Origin: Chiloscyllium plagiosum
Taxonomy: Eukaryota
Direction of reading: 5' to 3'
Length of the DNA: 64,000 nucleotides
Assembly: GCF_004010195.1 (NCBI RefSeq)
Contig: NC_057718.1
Span: forward strand, 59,631,622 to 59,695,621
The notes beneath the pieces were generated by a model. The model was not told the origin of the DNA, ran no database searches, and worked only from the letters and a program-made list of their open reading frames with translations. The position numbers and the translations under genes were made by a program. Positions 26,179-39,481 of this stretch are shown here, one piece after another (positions within the stretch are counted from its first letter, which is position 1; each line of letters starts with the position of its first letter).

Positions 26179-27689
26179 GTCATGGATAATGGTCTTTACC
26201 AGCATTATTTTGGAACTAAGACTGCATGTGAATAATTTATTCATGTATGGCTGTTCAAATTTATAATACTACTTAAGAAATGGCTCTTGCAGCTGAGAAG
26301 TATTCTTCAATTAAACATTATTCTGCTGTATTAATGGCAACATTTAATAAAGTTTGAGGATCTCATTTAACAATAACAATTGCTTTTCTCCCTAAAAAAT
26401 AATTTATAAAAATGTATAAATTTATAAAATATATAAAAGTTATTAGCTATATGTCTTAATTTTAAAATAATACTGGACATTTCAATATAAGGTGGAAAAA
26501 TTGTGCATTTCCAACAGAACTGACTCACCCAATGGAATTTTACGCTCTCCCTTTGAACGCTAATAGTGGGCAGGAGCTGTGACACCTTCCTAGCTCCAGT
26601 GCAATTAAGAATGGTCAGGCTTATTACCATTTGGCCTGAAGGGAACAATTTACCCGCTTAATGACCTCATCCCACCACCCAGCAGTGAGTGGGACAGTTG
26701 TCATGCTATATATCAACGATTTGAGAGACTCCGGTGTGGTCCTTGATTCAAAGGCACTAAGTGCTTTATTGGAAGACTTGGCATTGGAAGGAGTGGCGAA
26801 ATAAGAGCTAACCTCCCCCCACCACCACCACCACCACCACCACCAGACTGTCTTGCCGACAATTCACTCACCAATGTGCTGGAATCTATCAATGATGTTC
26901 ATTCCTGTATGGGTGCAGTACCAGCAGCAGCCACCACCTCCTGGATGGTACTATTGTCCAAGAAAGCAGTTGACCTCTGGCTGGTCAGCAGTTCTTGAGA
27001 GTGTAAGCTGGTTCCCTGGGGTCCTAGATCATAAGAAAGTCCTCCTGTTGACCAGATAAATGACTGAGGGGCACTTACTCAGATAGCCCTCCATGAAAGA
27101 TGAAATACATGAATCTCGCCGATGGTGATGCCTTTGTCATGTTCATAAATCCAGTTAACCATTTGTAAAATGGACTGTGCTCCAATTTGTGTAAACAAAT
27201 TAATATTAATATAGTGCTATCATTTAACGTTGAATGATAACCAAATTACCATTAAAGGTTGTTTCAACTGCTTCAGTGAATCGCAAGTCTTTATTAAATA
27301 TAAAGATATTCCTACTTAACTGCAAATTCCAAAAGATGTTCTGTAAACAAGAAAATAACAATGGCCCAGATTTTCTGAAGGACAAATAGTCACTTTTGTT
27401 ACTTCAATGGGAGTTATAGGACAGAACACAGTGGAATTCCTAACATAGCAGACTTCCAAGGAATCGACTGAGAAATTGAAGATTCCAATAGCCAATTATC
27501 CTGCACTGGGAACCGTCAAAAGTATCCATTGAAGTTGGAGAAATCGGAGGATTCTGCGAAGAAACTTAGGCAGTGATAAATCTAGCTTAACTCCTGGATA
27601 AGCAGTAAATTGACCCCCAACTTGCCACATATATCCCCAACAAACCACCTTCAGAACAATTCTATCCCCTGCATCCTGACTCGACACAT

Positions 27690-28930
27690 TCATAGAGTCA
27701 TAGAGTCATAGAGATAGACAGCATGGAAACAGACCCTTCAGTCCAACCTGTCCATGCTGACCAGATATCCCAACCCAATCTAGTCCCACCCATATCCCTC
27801 CAAACCCTTCCTATTCGTATACCCATCCAAATGCCTCTTAAATGTTGCAATTGTACCATCCTCCACCACTTCTTCTGGCAGCTCCTTCCATACACATAAC
27901 ACCTTCTGTGTGCAAAAGTTGCCCCGTAGGTTTCTTTTATATCTTTCCCCTTTCACCCTAAACCTATGCCCTCTAGTTCTGGACTCCCAAACCCCAGGGA
28001 ATAGATTTTGTCTATTTATCCTATCCATGCCCCTCATATTTTGTAAACCTCTATAAGGTCACCCCTCAGCCTCCAGGGAAAATAGNNNTCCTATCTACCT
28101 GTGACTCTACTTTCAAGGACCTTACCATTACGTGTATAAGTCCTGCTAAGATTTGCTTTCCCAATATGCAGCACGTCGCATTTATCTGAATTAAACTCCA
28201 TCTGCCACTTCTCAGCCCATTGGCCCATCTGGTCAAGATCCTGTTGTAATCTGAGGTAACCCTTTACGCTATCCACTATACCTCCAATTTTTGTGTCATC
28301 TTCAAACTTACTATCTGTACCTCTTATGCTCCCATCCAAATCATTTATGTAAATGACAAAAAGTAGAGGACCCAGCACCAATCCTTGTGGCACTCCATTG
28401 GTCACAGGCCTCCAGTCTGAAAAACAACCCTCCACCACCATCCTCTGTATTCTACCTTTGAGCCAGTTATGTATCCAAATGGCTAGTTCTCCCTGTATTC
28501 CATGAGTTCTAACTTTGCTAATCATGGGGAACCTTGTTGACTCGCCTTACTGAAGTCCATATTGATCACATCTACCACTCTGCCCTCATCAATCCTCTCT
28601 GTTACTTCTTCAAAAAACTCAATCAAGTTTGTGAGCAATGATTTCCCACACATAAAGCCATGTTGACTATCCCTAATCAGTCCTTGCCTTTCCAAATACA
28701 TGTACATCCTGTCCCTCAGGATTCTAATCAACAACTTGCCCACCACTGACGTCAGGCTCACTGGTCTATAGTTCCCTGGCTTGTCCCTACCATCCTACTT
28801 AAACAGTGGCACTACATTAGCCAGCCTCCAGTTTTCCGGACCTCACCTGTGACTATTGTTGATACAAATATCTCAGCAAGTGGCCCAGCAATCACTTCTC
28901 TAGCTTCCCACAGAGTTCTAGAGTCCTGCT
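27690..28930 (-). mobile_element. CR1 LINE RT fragment with 3' tail (3 Ns at 28086-28088)
   Basis: (CATAGAGT)n tail; ORFs give SLTSVVGKLL..QHGF, VTNGVPQGLVLGPLLFVIYINDL..KFEDDTKIGG and the C-terminal segment. Confidence 0.92.
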
Positions 28931-29659
28931 TCCAGGACCGGACAGAGCCCATCTTCCAGGACCCCAACACCCCACCCTCTCTCTCTTCAGGGCTCATTAA
29001 AACTGCTCACTCATGACCCCCCAAAGCATCCCTGTGATCTGAAACCCCCTCCTTCAACACCTACCACCCACTGAGTCTGACTCAATAAACCCCAACCATT
29101 TCAAGGTACTCAAAATGCTCTGTCACTCATGTGGCAACACCTCCCATTTTGCACCTTGGGATCTTGCCCAGCTGGCACTTAAACTTCACACTCATAGAGA
29201 ATAATTAACTCCTAGACATCTAAAGCAGAGAATGAGGCTATTTGGCTCACTGTATCCGTGCCAGAGTTGTTTGGGTACTCTTCCTTGGGTTTTCCTCCTC
29301 CTCATCTGGTTCATCTTCCATCTGGAGCAGACAGTGATCCGAAAACCTCCTGATGAAGGACACCAATGAAGATTTCCCTGTGCTCCTGAGCATTTCAACA
29401 TATTCCCCAATTTTTGAAGATGTTTAGCTCGGTTGTCTGCAATAGGGTTCGAGTACGGTTATAGCATTATGGCCAATGACCACGGGAAGGCTACTCATAA
29501 TTTAAGATGACTGTTGTCTCCTTGTCTAACTTGCTTGTGGAAGACAACAGACTATTGTAACACAGTTAAATAAGGTGTCATACTGCTCAGGAAACTCTGA
29601 ATATGGAATTCCATTAGCACAACATGTTAAATGGTCACAAATTTCCAACAGTCCTCAAA

Positions 29660-30510
29660 AGATTTGCTCAAATTTGTCAAGCATGACACTCCCTTAGCAA
29701 AAGCAGTATGACTATTCCTGCTTAATCCGTGGCTCTCCAAGTGCAGGCAATTTCTGTCATTCAGATTTTTTTGTAATAATTTCCTCAACATTGAGATTAA
29801 ACTGACTAGTCTGTAATGCTAAGGTCTATCCTTTCCTCCCTTTTTTAAATAATGGGAAAATGTTTGGAATTCTATAGTCCTCTAGCACATTACCTGTGGC
29901 CAGATAGAATTTCAAAATCATTGTCAGGGCTCCTGATATCTGTTCCTTTGTCTTCTTCAACAGCCTGGGATACATTTCTTCCAGGCCTAAAGATTTATCC
30001 ACTGTTAAGTCTTATAAACCCATAGTACCTCTTTCTCATTATGTTAAATCCTTCCAACAGTTCAGAGTCCTCCATCTTGATACTTATACCTGTGTTGTGA
30101 AGACTGATGCAAAGTACTGTTGCAGAACGGTGGCCACATCTTAAATGTCTACATCTGGATTACCTTTATGGTCTCTAATGGGCCTTGCCCTTTCCCCACT
30201 TACTCTTTTGGTTTACATTTTTAAATAACCCTTTGGGTTTGTCTTTATTCTACCCGCCAATGCTTTCTCATGCATTCTCCCCTCGTTCCCAATTTTCTTT
30301 TATAAAGACAATGTCTTTTTATTTTTCAGTGTTTTTTTTATAGTGGACATTTCTACAGTACTCCAGGGAAGTGAGTTCCACAGATTCACAACTCGCTGAG
30401 AGGAATAGATTCTCCTTATCTCAGTTCTGAACCTATCTCCCTCATTGTATGTCTATGTTCTCTTGTTCAAGACTTTTTACCTATTTTACATTTCTCTTAT
30501 CTACTTATCC
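29660..30510 (-). mobile_element. Old CR1 fragments
   Basis: Recognisable minus-strand CR1 ORF2 nucleotide motifs (GTCAAGCATGAC..CCCTT..CAAA; TTAAACTGACTAGTCTGTA; GAGTTCCACAGATTCACAAC). Confidence 0.55.
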
Positions 30511-30659
30511 TTTCACAGGGGCCATTCAAGTGGCTGTCTGTGCTGCTGTACATTTAAATTAACACACAAATGCACCAGCCGGCTTTGAAACAGTTTCTAC
30601 CCTATTGTTGTTAGAAGACTGAATGCACTCACAAGCTCTTAGCATTCGCTTGTACCTTT

Positions 30660-31132
30660 AGAACATAGAACATAGAACATAGAACAATACAGCACAGAAC
30701 AGGCCCTTCGGCCCACGATGTTGTGCCGAACATTTGTCCTAGCTTAAGCACCCATCCATGTACCTATCCAATTGCCGCTTAAAGGTCACCAAAGATTCTG
30801 ACTCTACCACTCCCACAGGCAGCGCATTCCATGCCCCCACCACTCTCTGGGTAAAGAACCCACCCCTGACATCTCCCCTATATCTTCCACCCTTCACCTT
30901 AAATTTATGTCCCCTTGTAACACTCTGTTGCACCCGGGGGAAAAGTTTCTGACTGTCTACTCTATCTATTCCTCTGATCATCTTATAAATCTCTATCAAG
31001 TCACTCCTCATCCTTCGCCGTTCCAATGAGAAAAGGCCTAGCACTCTCAACCTCTCCTCGTACGACCTATTCTCCATTCCAGGCAACATCCTGGTAAATC
31101 TTCTCTGCACCCTCTCCAAAGCTTCCACATCT
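30660..31132 (-). mobile_element. Young 5'-truncated CR1 with an uninterrupted C-terminal reading frame
   Basis: (CATAGAA)n tail; ORF 30739..31128 (EALERVQRRFTRMLPG...GAWNALP) is open; TACCTTT flanks both ends (30653-30659, 31133-31139). Confidence 0.92.
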
Positions 31133-31139
31133 TACCTTT

Positions 31140-31272
31140 GTTTTTATTTTACTGCTGTTTACCTATTATTTATTTACCTATGCTATTTAACTCTGTGATC
31201 TGCCTGTATTGCTTGCAAGACAAAGCTTTTCACTGTGCCTCAGTACACATGACATTAAATTCAATTCAATTA
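31140..31272 (+). mobile_element. Rex1/Babar-type 3'UTR remnant
   Basis: GATCTGCCTGTA..GCAAGACAAAGCTTTTCACTGTGCCTCAGTACACATGACA..(TTCAA)n, similar to 8610-8697. Confidence 0.6.
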
Positions 31273-32356
31273 CAGAATATGCCAACCACAGCTGTTAAAA
31301 AAAGGCATAATTTTACTTCTCCCAGCAATTCTGCACTACAAGGGACTTGTTGGATGTAAGGTACTCTGTGCATTTCTGTGAGAGCTGCAATTCCAATCTC
31401 CTGTCAGAAAGATTGAGCTCTGTCTTAACATAAAAGATAGGAGCAGAGTGGCAAGCTGTGGTTCCACTCTGAAAATCTAGCCCAAAATGTGCTTGATGTC
31501 ACAGTTTAAAAATGAAGTTAGGAATAATGTTATTAAATATGTGTTTTAATGTAATTCATTTTCTGAAGAAAGTCCAAGAACATCTATCTTATAATTTTCT
31601 TCACTTTTTTCAGCCAGAAATGGATTATTTGTTTCATGTGTGTAAAAGTTAATTTTTTTTTCTTCGTTCTTCCTTCATGCTATGGCATTATCCTCCCAAC
31701 TATTGTGCGTTCTCTGTACCATTCAATGTCACATGGCTGAGCATGTAAACATGAAATCTATGCCCGGATGTCTGCAAATGCTGCTCTCGAACAAACAACA
31801 AAACAAGGACCATCTGCTAGGTACTTCCTCAAGATCAATCCAGACAAGCCACAGGGGCATTGAAAGGCTGAACTCTGGCACTAACGCTGTTAGTGCATCG
31901 ATATATATAGCTCCGTGGTTGCTCCACTTATACTGAACATTTTCAGTACATTAACCACGTCAACAGCTCAGAACTGTAGCTATTCTTGAATAAACAGCAT
32001 GCAGAATAGTATATATCACATTTTTTCTTTGCGGTCCCCACTTCAATTTTTCTGGAATTAGAAACGCGCCATGAAATGATGTGTATGTAATTGGGTAAAC
32101 TGATGAGATCTGGTTGCATTTAACAAGCTGAGTAACTGACGACGGCTGACTTCTAAGTCAAAAATGGTAGTTAGAAAAACAGCTAAAAGTTGATTCTAAT
32201 TAGAAAGCCTTTGCCTGACATAGCTGCCATTAAAAAGCTTAATATAGGAGAGATCAATCATTATTAAAGAGTTACTGATTTGAATTCCTGCTTTGCTGGT
32301 CAATCCGCCAATTCAGTTTGCCCCTGAGGTCCATATTCAGCACCAAATGAAAGCAA

Positions 32357-32457
32357 AGATTAGAATAGTGCTGGAAAAGCACAGCAGGTCAGGCAGCATC
32401 CAAGGAGCAGGAAAGTCGACGTTTCGGGCAAAAGCCCTTCATCAGGAATGAGGCCAT
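32357..32457 (-). mobile_element. Penelope pLTR fragment with a canonical hammerhead core
   Basis: Minus strand reads CUGAUGA-A-GGGC(UUUU)GCCC-GAAACGUC. ATGAAAGCAA is duplicated at 32347-32356 and 32458-32467. Confidence 0.8.
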
Positions 32458-33794
32458 ATGAAAGCAAGTTGATCCATTCCAGCAAGAGAAACAAACTTGA
32501 ATTGCTCATGTTGGTCTCTCAAATTGTGCTTTCCACCTGTCAATCACCGACCAACATTACACATCCAACATTCTGTAGCCATGCTAGTCTCAGCTTCTTG
32601 CATGTCAATCTATCAAGAGAAACTTTTAAAATGAAAGGAAAAATTGATCTTTTCAAATAAATTGAAACTTGAAATTGGAAATTAGTCCAAATAATTATTA
32701 CATTTTTATTTACTTTTGGTGATAAGTATCTTCTTTTTTATGTTTTGTAGACCATTTCTTTCAACGAGTCAAAAAGTTGCGCTAAATATTACATGTAAAA
32801 GAAGTGATAGAAAAGATATATTTACAGTACATCGGATACAAAAGCTCACAGATTCTTTTGCTTAAATCTGATATTTCCCCTGTTCCAATGAGCAATAGAT
32901 TTTGAAACTATGTCTGGGTGGAGTCAATGAAACTAAAGGAAAATTGTGTGATATTGAACTGGACTTTTAATTTATTTTGCAGTAGATTGTTAATAATTTT
33001 CAGAGCAGCTGCTGTGAATGATTATGTGAAGATTATGAGTAAAAAAGCCATTCTTTCTTGAAGTTTGCATTAACTGAGGTCAAAAGTTATTGAGAATAAA
33101 AAGTATGAAATGGGATGAAAACTAATTACTCAATTGCCGGAGCAATCACTGTAACTGCTCAATCAGGCTGCCAGTCAATATGCACTCACCTAGTAATGTG
33201 CAGTGAACTCTTACCAGATTCTAAACATTGCTTTTGGAATTTAAACTATTAATTTTACATATAAATATAACAACATCAAAAATGATCGACTTGTACAGAA
33301 CATGTCATTGATGTGGTTTCTTTAAAAATGAATTTCAGGAATGGGTTTGAAAGCCCCACTGATAATTTGATGTATATTACTGATAAATATATTCATAATC
33401 ATTCAGCTTACAGATTTCTCAGACTTTTTGCTCATTTAGATGCTTTGTCACAACCTCTTATCCATGTTCGATTATTTGACAAGTGAATAATAAATAATTC
33501 CTTGGGAAATCATTTGTCTACCATCTCCTGTACTCTACCATCCAAAGGACTTTAAGGTTAACTATGGCATTATTTCTTTATTTTTATACTTATGCTATGA
33601 AGGCAAAGCTTAACATTTTTAACTTTGTTTCTTTTGCTTCCAGATTCAGACACGGAAGTGACTCTGGGCAAGCACATGGACGGCAGTAAACTGAAGCGTG
33701 TGTAGGTTAAGTTGATCTTAGATTACAATAAATGCTTGGCACAAAATCATGGGCTGAAAGGCCTGTACTGTGTTGTATGTACTAAGTTCTCTTC

Positions 33795-33945
33795 CAACTT
33801 TGTACCGAAGTTTTTTTGTACCCAGGTACCTTTGTACCTAAGATGGCACTGTGTGAGGCAACATTATACACTTTTCACTGTACTCCTTTATGCCAGTACT
33901 TGAGTACACATGACAATAAAATCTAAAATCTAAAAATCTAAAAAA
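33795..33945 (+). mobile_element. LINE 3'UTR remnant (Rex1-like tail)
   Basis: ACTTTTCACTGTACTC..GAGTACACATGACAATAAA followed by (ATCTAAA)n. Confidence 0.55.
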
Positions 33946-34228
33946 AGTCACTAGAACGTGTGTGAATCCAATCTCCTTTAGATTTGGCTATTTTCTTGCT
34001 TGGAAGCATTGAAAGAAGAAGTTTAATACACTTCTTTTGGACAGAGGATCTATTATTAACTTCCAGCATAGCCTTTCAAATAAAATTGTCAATGCATCAA
34101 AGGAAAAGAAAACTGTCCACCTTCTCCTAAAATATAACAATGCTCAATGTTTGGATAGTACAAACAATGAAGGCATCCTAATCACAAACTATGAGAGGAT
34201 CTGGTAATGTTTAAACATAAAAAAGGAT

Positions 34229-34500
34229 TCAGGTACCATACCCAGAAGTGTTAGTGAGGGCCTCAATGGAATTGAAGCTGAAGATGGCGTTAAAGATTCC
34301 ACTGATGATATCCACCAAGTGTGAAGCATTCAGTGGATGGGACAAGGACCTGAACAGGCAAAAGAGACAATGACACTCCAAGGCATTCCCACTCCAAGTG
34401 GTGACTTTGAAATTTTGCTGATCCCCTGGGCTTCTTATCATCTTCCAGCTGATGAATCCAGGAGGCAGAGTCTCCTGAGTATTTGGGAGGGAAATTCTCT
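34229..34500 (-). mobile_element. Highly decayed Penelope RT fragment
   Basis: LVDIISGIFNAIFSFNS..TSGYGT resembles LAELVLTLNNFSFNS..GVAMGT. Confidence 0.4.
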
Positions 34501-35017
34501 AGGAAGCCAGGCTACTTTAGTCACTATCAATTGCAAACAACAGGCAGAAGGTAAACTGTCAGTGACAGAGTCCTTAGATGTGGAAGGATGAAAAGTCTTG
34601 TCAAGGCAGTGAGGTAGTGGTAGGTACCCGATTTGACAAAAGTAAGCTCTCTCCTACTACAAGATCGTCCAACTTAAGTGTCAGTTCATGTTAAAGTTGC
34701 AAACGCTGTGTCTAGTTGATTTGGGTGAGGGTTAATAAATTTTTTAAAGTCAAGTTAAACTTCAATTTCAAATCTTGTGAAACAAACATTTAAACTGATG
34801 TTAAATAAAAGCTTGTAACCAACACTACTGAAACACAAGGAAAAACCAATTAATCAGAAATTATCTACCTTTGTGAGTGGCAGGTACTAAAATAAGACAC
34901 AGTTCAGAACCAAACCAGTGATTGCCACTTTTAGATGGAACTGCCACCCATCAAACTTTGAATCAGAGAGTCTGCTTTTTGAATAGAATGTCTGGAAATT
35001 TGTAGGACACCACATTA

Positions 35018-35322
35018 TGGGTGGCATGGTGGCTCAGTGATTAGCACTGCTGCCTCACAGCATCAGGGTCCCAGGTTCGATTCCAGCCTCAGGTGAATGT
35101 CTGTGTGGAATTTGCATGTTCTCCCTGTGTCTGCGTGGAAGCGCTCTGGTTTCCTCCCACAATCCAAGGATGTGCAGATCAGGTGAATTGGCCATGTTAA
35201 ATTACTCATAACAATAGGTCCATTAGTCAGAGGGTATTGGGTCTGGGTGGGTTACTCTTCGGAGGGTCAGGTTGGGCCAAAGGGCCTACTTCCATAGTGT
35301 AGGAAATCTAATCTAATCTAAT
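35018..35322 (+). mobile_element. HE1-like V-SINE
   Basis: GGGTGGCATGGTGGCTCAGTGATTAGCACTGCTGCCTCACAG..GGTTCGATTCC head, V-type core, and (ATCTA)n tail. Confidence 0.88.
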
Positions 35323-35839
35323 CCCATCATTTAAAGTAATCCTCTTTTGCTTTAAAAAAATGAATACCAACCTTATTTTCATGTTTTCTACTTTAGAAAT
35401 GGCATCATCCATTAAAAACAAAATTGAAGTCTGGACTCAGACACATTGGAATCACATTTCAGGAAGATGTCAATAAGTATTGGATGGTTACTGACATTGC
35501 GCTACTGGAGCTTTTTACAAGCATTTGCCCATGTGCTGTATCTTTCCTGAGTAGAGAGAAGTATAAACATGAGAAATCCTCAGCTTTATTCCACAGTAAC
35601 ACACACTCTGAGATCAAAAATCAATGTCCTTTTTTATTCAAAACACTTGTTTCCCAAATTTTCCCAAATTTCTTGTCTAATCTTTGTAGTATTGTATGAT
35701 TTTTTACAATTTGATATCATCCTGAACTTTCACCTGGATTAGCAATGAACGGAGCAGGGAGTGAAGTCAAAGTGACATTGTGGGAGGCGAAGGGAGAGAG
35801 GAATCAGTGACAGACCCTTTGAGAGAGATGCATGGCGAG

Positions 35840-36995
35840 TGCAGTCAGTGATTGGCTCTGTGGGAATGGCGCATGGGGAGAGAAGTGATTACTGTGCTCT
35901 GTGGGAATGCAGCATGGAGTGAGGAGTCAGTGATGGGCTCTGTGGGAATGGGGCATGGGGAGTGGAGTCATTGATGGGTTCTGTGGGAGTGGGGCATGGG
36001 GAGAAAAATCAGTGATGAGCTCTGTGGAAATGCAGCATGGGGAGAGAGGGGATTGATGTGCTCTGTGGGAATGGGGCATGTGGAGAGGGTTCAGAGATGG
36101 GCTCGTTGGGAATACAGCATGGAGAGAGAAGTCAGAGATGGGCTTTGTCGGAATGGGGCATGGGGAGAGGAGTCAGTGATGGACTCTGTGGGAATGGGAC
36201 ATGTGGAGAGGAGTCAGTGATGGGCTCTGTGGGAATGAGGAATGGTGAGAGAATTCAGGGATGAGCGCTGTGGGAGTGCAGCATGGGCAGTGGAGTCAGT
36301 GATGAGCTCTCTGGGAATGAGGCATGGGGAGAGGAGTCAATGGGAGGGCTGTGTCGGAATATGGCATGGGGACTGGAGTCCGTGATGGGCTCTGTGGGAG
36401 TGGGGCATGTGGGCAGGAGTCAGTGAAGAACTCTGTGGGAATGAGGCATGGGGAGAGGAGTCAGTGATGAGCTCTGTGGGAATGCAGACTGGGGAGAGAA
36501 GTCAGTGATGGGGTCAGTGGGAATTGGGTATGGGGTGCGGAGTCAGTGATGGGCTCTGTGGGAATGGGGCATAGGGAGATGAGTCAATGGTGGGCTGTGT
36601 CAGAATATGACATGGGGAGAGGAGTCCATGATGGACTCTTTGGAAATGAGTCATGGGGAGAGAAGTCAGGCATGAACTCTGTGGGAATGCAGCATGGGGA
36701 GACAAGTGATTGATGGGCTCTGTGGGAATGCAGCATGGGGTGAGGAGTCAATGGCGAGCTGTGTGGGAATGGAACATGGGGAGTGGAGTCAGTGATGGGT
36801 TCTGTGGGAAAGCAGCATGGGGAGAAAAGTCAGTGATGGGCTCTATGGGAATGGGGCATGGGGAGAAGAGTCAGAGACGGGCTCTGTGGGAATGGTCAAT
36901 AGGGAGTGGTGTCAGTGATGGGCTCTGTGAGAGTGGGGCATGGGGAGATGAGTCAGTGATAAGCTCAGTGGGAAAGCAGCATGGGGAGAAAAGTC
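35840..36995. repeat. 41-bp G-rich minisatellite (~28 visible units), truncated by an assembly gap
   Basis: Consensus GAGGAGTCAGTGATGGGCTCTGTGGGAATGGGGCATGGGGA. Confidence 0.95.
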
Positions 36996-37495
36996 NNNNN
37001 NNNNNNNNNNNNNNNNNNNNNNNNNNNNNNNNNNNNNNNNNNNNNNNNNNNNNNNNNNNNNNNNNNNNNNNNNNNNNNNNNNNNNNNNNNNNNNNNNNNN
37101 NNNNNNNNNNNNNNNNNNNNNNNNNNNNNNNNNNNNNNNNNNNNNNNNNNNNNNNNNNNNNNNNNNNNNNNNNNNNNNNNNNNNNNNNNNNNNNNNNNNN
37201 NNNNNNNNNNNNNNNNNNNNNNNNNNNNNNNNNNNNNNNNNNNNNNNNNNNNNNNNNNNNNNNNNNNNNNNNNNNNNNNNNNNNNNNNNNNNNNNNNNNN
37301 NNNNNNNNNNNNNNNNNNNNNNNNNNNNNNNNNNNNNNNNNNNNNNNNNNNNNNNNNNNNNNNNNNNNNNNNNNNNNNNNNNNNNNNNNNNNNNNNNNNN
37401 NNNNNNNNNNNNNNNNNNNNNNNNNNNNNNNNNNNNNNNNNNNNNNNNNNNNNNNNNNNNNNNNNNNNNNNNNNNNNNNNNNNNNNNNNNNNNNN
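36996..37495. other. Assembly gap (500 N)
   Basis: Run of N. Confidence 1.
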
Positions 37496-37572
37496 CTCTC
37501 TATCTTTTTTTTTGAAGCTGTTGTACTTGCTTTCTATTACATGTTTCAAAAGCACATGTTCCTCTTCTCTCT

Positions 37573-37702
37573 CTGTCTGCTTCACAGTGATCCCAACCTG
37601 CTGCACACACCTCCCAGTCTGTTTCACGGTGATGCTGACTTGCTGCATACTCCTTCTGGTCTGTATCACAGCAATGCTGACAGTTGCACACTCCTCCCAG
37701 TC
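37573..37702. repeat. ~42-bp tandem repeat x3
   Basis: GTCTG.TTCAC.GTGAT..GAC.TGCTGCACA..CCTCCCA repeated three times. Confidence 0.7.
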
Positions 37703-38890
37703 ACTGCTGCACAGTCATTCCACTGTTCCACTCAATCTCTCTCAGAATTGGTTAACTCTGTTTTTCTCTCCAGATGCTTCTTAGAGATTTTTTTGTTTTT
37801 ATTTCGTATTTCTAGCATATGTAATATTTTACGTATAACTGACTCTTAAGGAACTGCACTATAAGCCTTCTTCTGTTCTAATAAGCAACGGGTCATCAGT
37901 ACTCTGTTTGCTGTCACTCATGCTGTTCTGTTTTAACTTTGCCAACAAATCTGTGAGTTAGCACTTTATCTAAAACCTTGTGGACATCTTTGTACACTAT
38001 ACCAAACACATTACCATCAACAACTTTCTCTGTTACCTCACCAGAAAATTCAATCATGTTGGTTAAGCAAGGTCAACAAATCCATTTTGACCTTCCTTAA
38101 TTAGTCCACATCAGTCCAAGTGAGTGTTAATGTTGTCCTGGATTAAAGCTTCTGAAATCATTCCCTCTGTCAAGTTTAGACTTACTGGCCTGTTGTTGCT
38201 GGGTTTATACTTACGCTAATTTTTGTACCGGGCGTAACATTTGCTATTTTCCAGTCTGGTCATCTAGTACTGCTTTCCCTTAGAACTATGAACAAGCATT
38301 GGAAATATCATGTGATAGCCCCTCTCAATGTGACAGAAAGTCTTCTTTCATGGCACTCACTCAATCAACATAGTACAATTGAGTGCAGCTCCTCTGGCAC
38401 CAGTCTCCAGGCTCAGCTTCCTAGCCTGTGTTCTTTTAAACTGAAATGTAAAACTCCCTCGACATTGTCTCTGTCAAACATTCGCATGCCAGGTACAGCA
38501 TGGGGAGTGGATATAGAGTAAAGCTTCCTTTACTCTTTTAAACTGCAAGTAAAGCACCCTTGACACTGTCCCCATGAAACAGTCCCAGGACAACGATAGA
38601 TTCTGTAGTGTTAATTTCACCCTTTCTGGAGTTAATTTCATTTTGTTGCCAACTCTAGGGGAATCTCTCCTGTCCAGCAACAGTGATATTATCACAAGCT
38701 AGGTAGCCACTCATGCTGAAGGATTTTCACAAATAGCAAACCAAGTGTTATCATAATTGTACAGACCACAAAATAAAAATTGAGATACATGCATGGGATT
38801 AAAGTAGCAGGTGTAATGACATTAACAAAACTTAATGTAAAATTTAAAAATCTATTTGATTTCTATTATCATAGAGAAAAAATACCTTTC

Positions 38891-39481
38891 TGTTATGGAC
38901 CAGGCCAGATTCTCTCTAAAACATTTTAAGAAGATAGTCCAGAGCCTCTTTCTTTTTTAGGCAGCAGTAAAGTGGATATTCCCGGAATGATGCAGCTGGT
39001 CAAACCACTCAACTTTAAATAAAACAGAACTTATTTAATCACTATGGATGAAACATGAATAAAAGAAAACAGAATTTATATTAACTTAATTGATTTGATA
39101 ACCCAACTGACTCTATCGCAACTTAATGAAGGAGCTGTTGCAATCCCTGCAATATCTCATAAACATACCCCTTGGCAAAAGATAAGTTCAAACACAAGTT
39201 CTTACAGGCAGAAGAGATTTCAAAAAGAAAGTCCAGGCAAGATCTTGAAGCATAGAACCTTTTTTCTCTGTAATTGCTCCTCTGAGTCGCCAGCAGTTTT
39301 CTGACTGCTTGCTAAAAAAACCAAACTAGATAAAAAAGAACCTGAACCAGGAGGACTGGCCACTCCCTGCCATTATTTTCAAATAACCATTTCCAGACAA
39401 ATCAGCACCGATGCCTTTATGACTCCTGTTGAAAAAAAACCAAGGACAACACAACCTTGGTAAAGGGACAGCATCATCACA
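38891..39481. mobile_element. Solo LTR (ERV/Gypsy type) with 4-bp TSD
   Basis: Begins TGTTATG, ends CATCACA; TTTC flanks both sides; related in reverse orientation to 46705-47312. Confidence 0.7.

Noticed and set aside
26530..27175. Possible Harbinger-type MITE (GAATTTTAC...GTAAAAT ends) containing an (ACC)n tract
   Set aside because: The terminal repeats are too short and degenerate to support a call.
35840..36995. CRISPR-like regular repeat
   Set aside because: The units are contiguous with no unique spacers, there are no cas genes, and the context is eukaryotic.
36710..37849. Longest ORFs in the track (379, 267 and 234 aa)
   Set aside because: They are artefacts of minisatellite sequence read through the 500-N gap.
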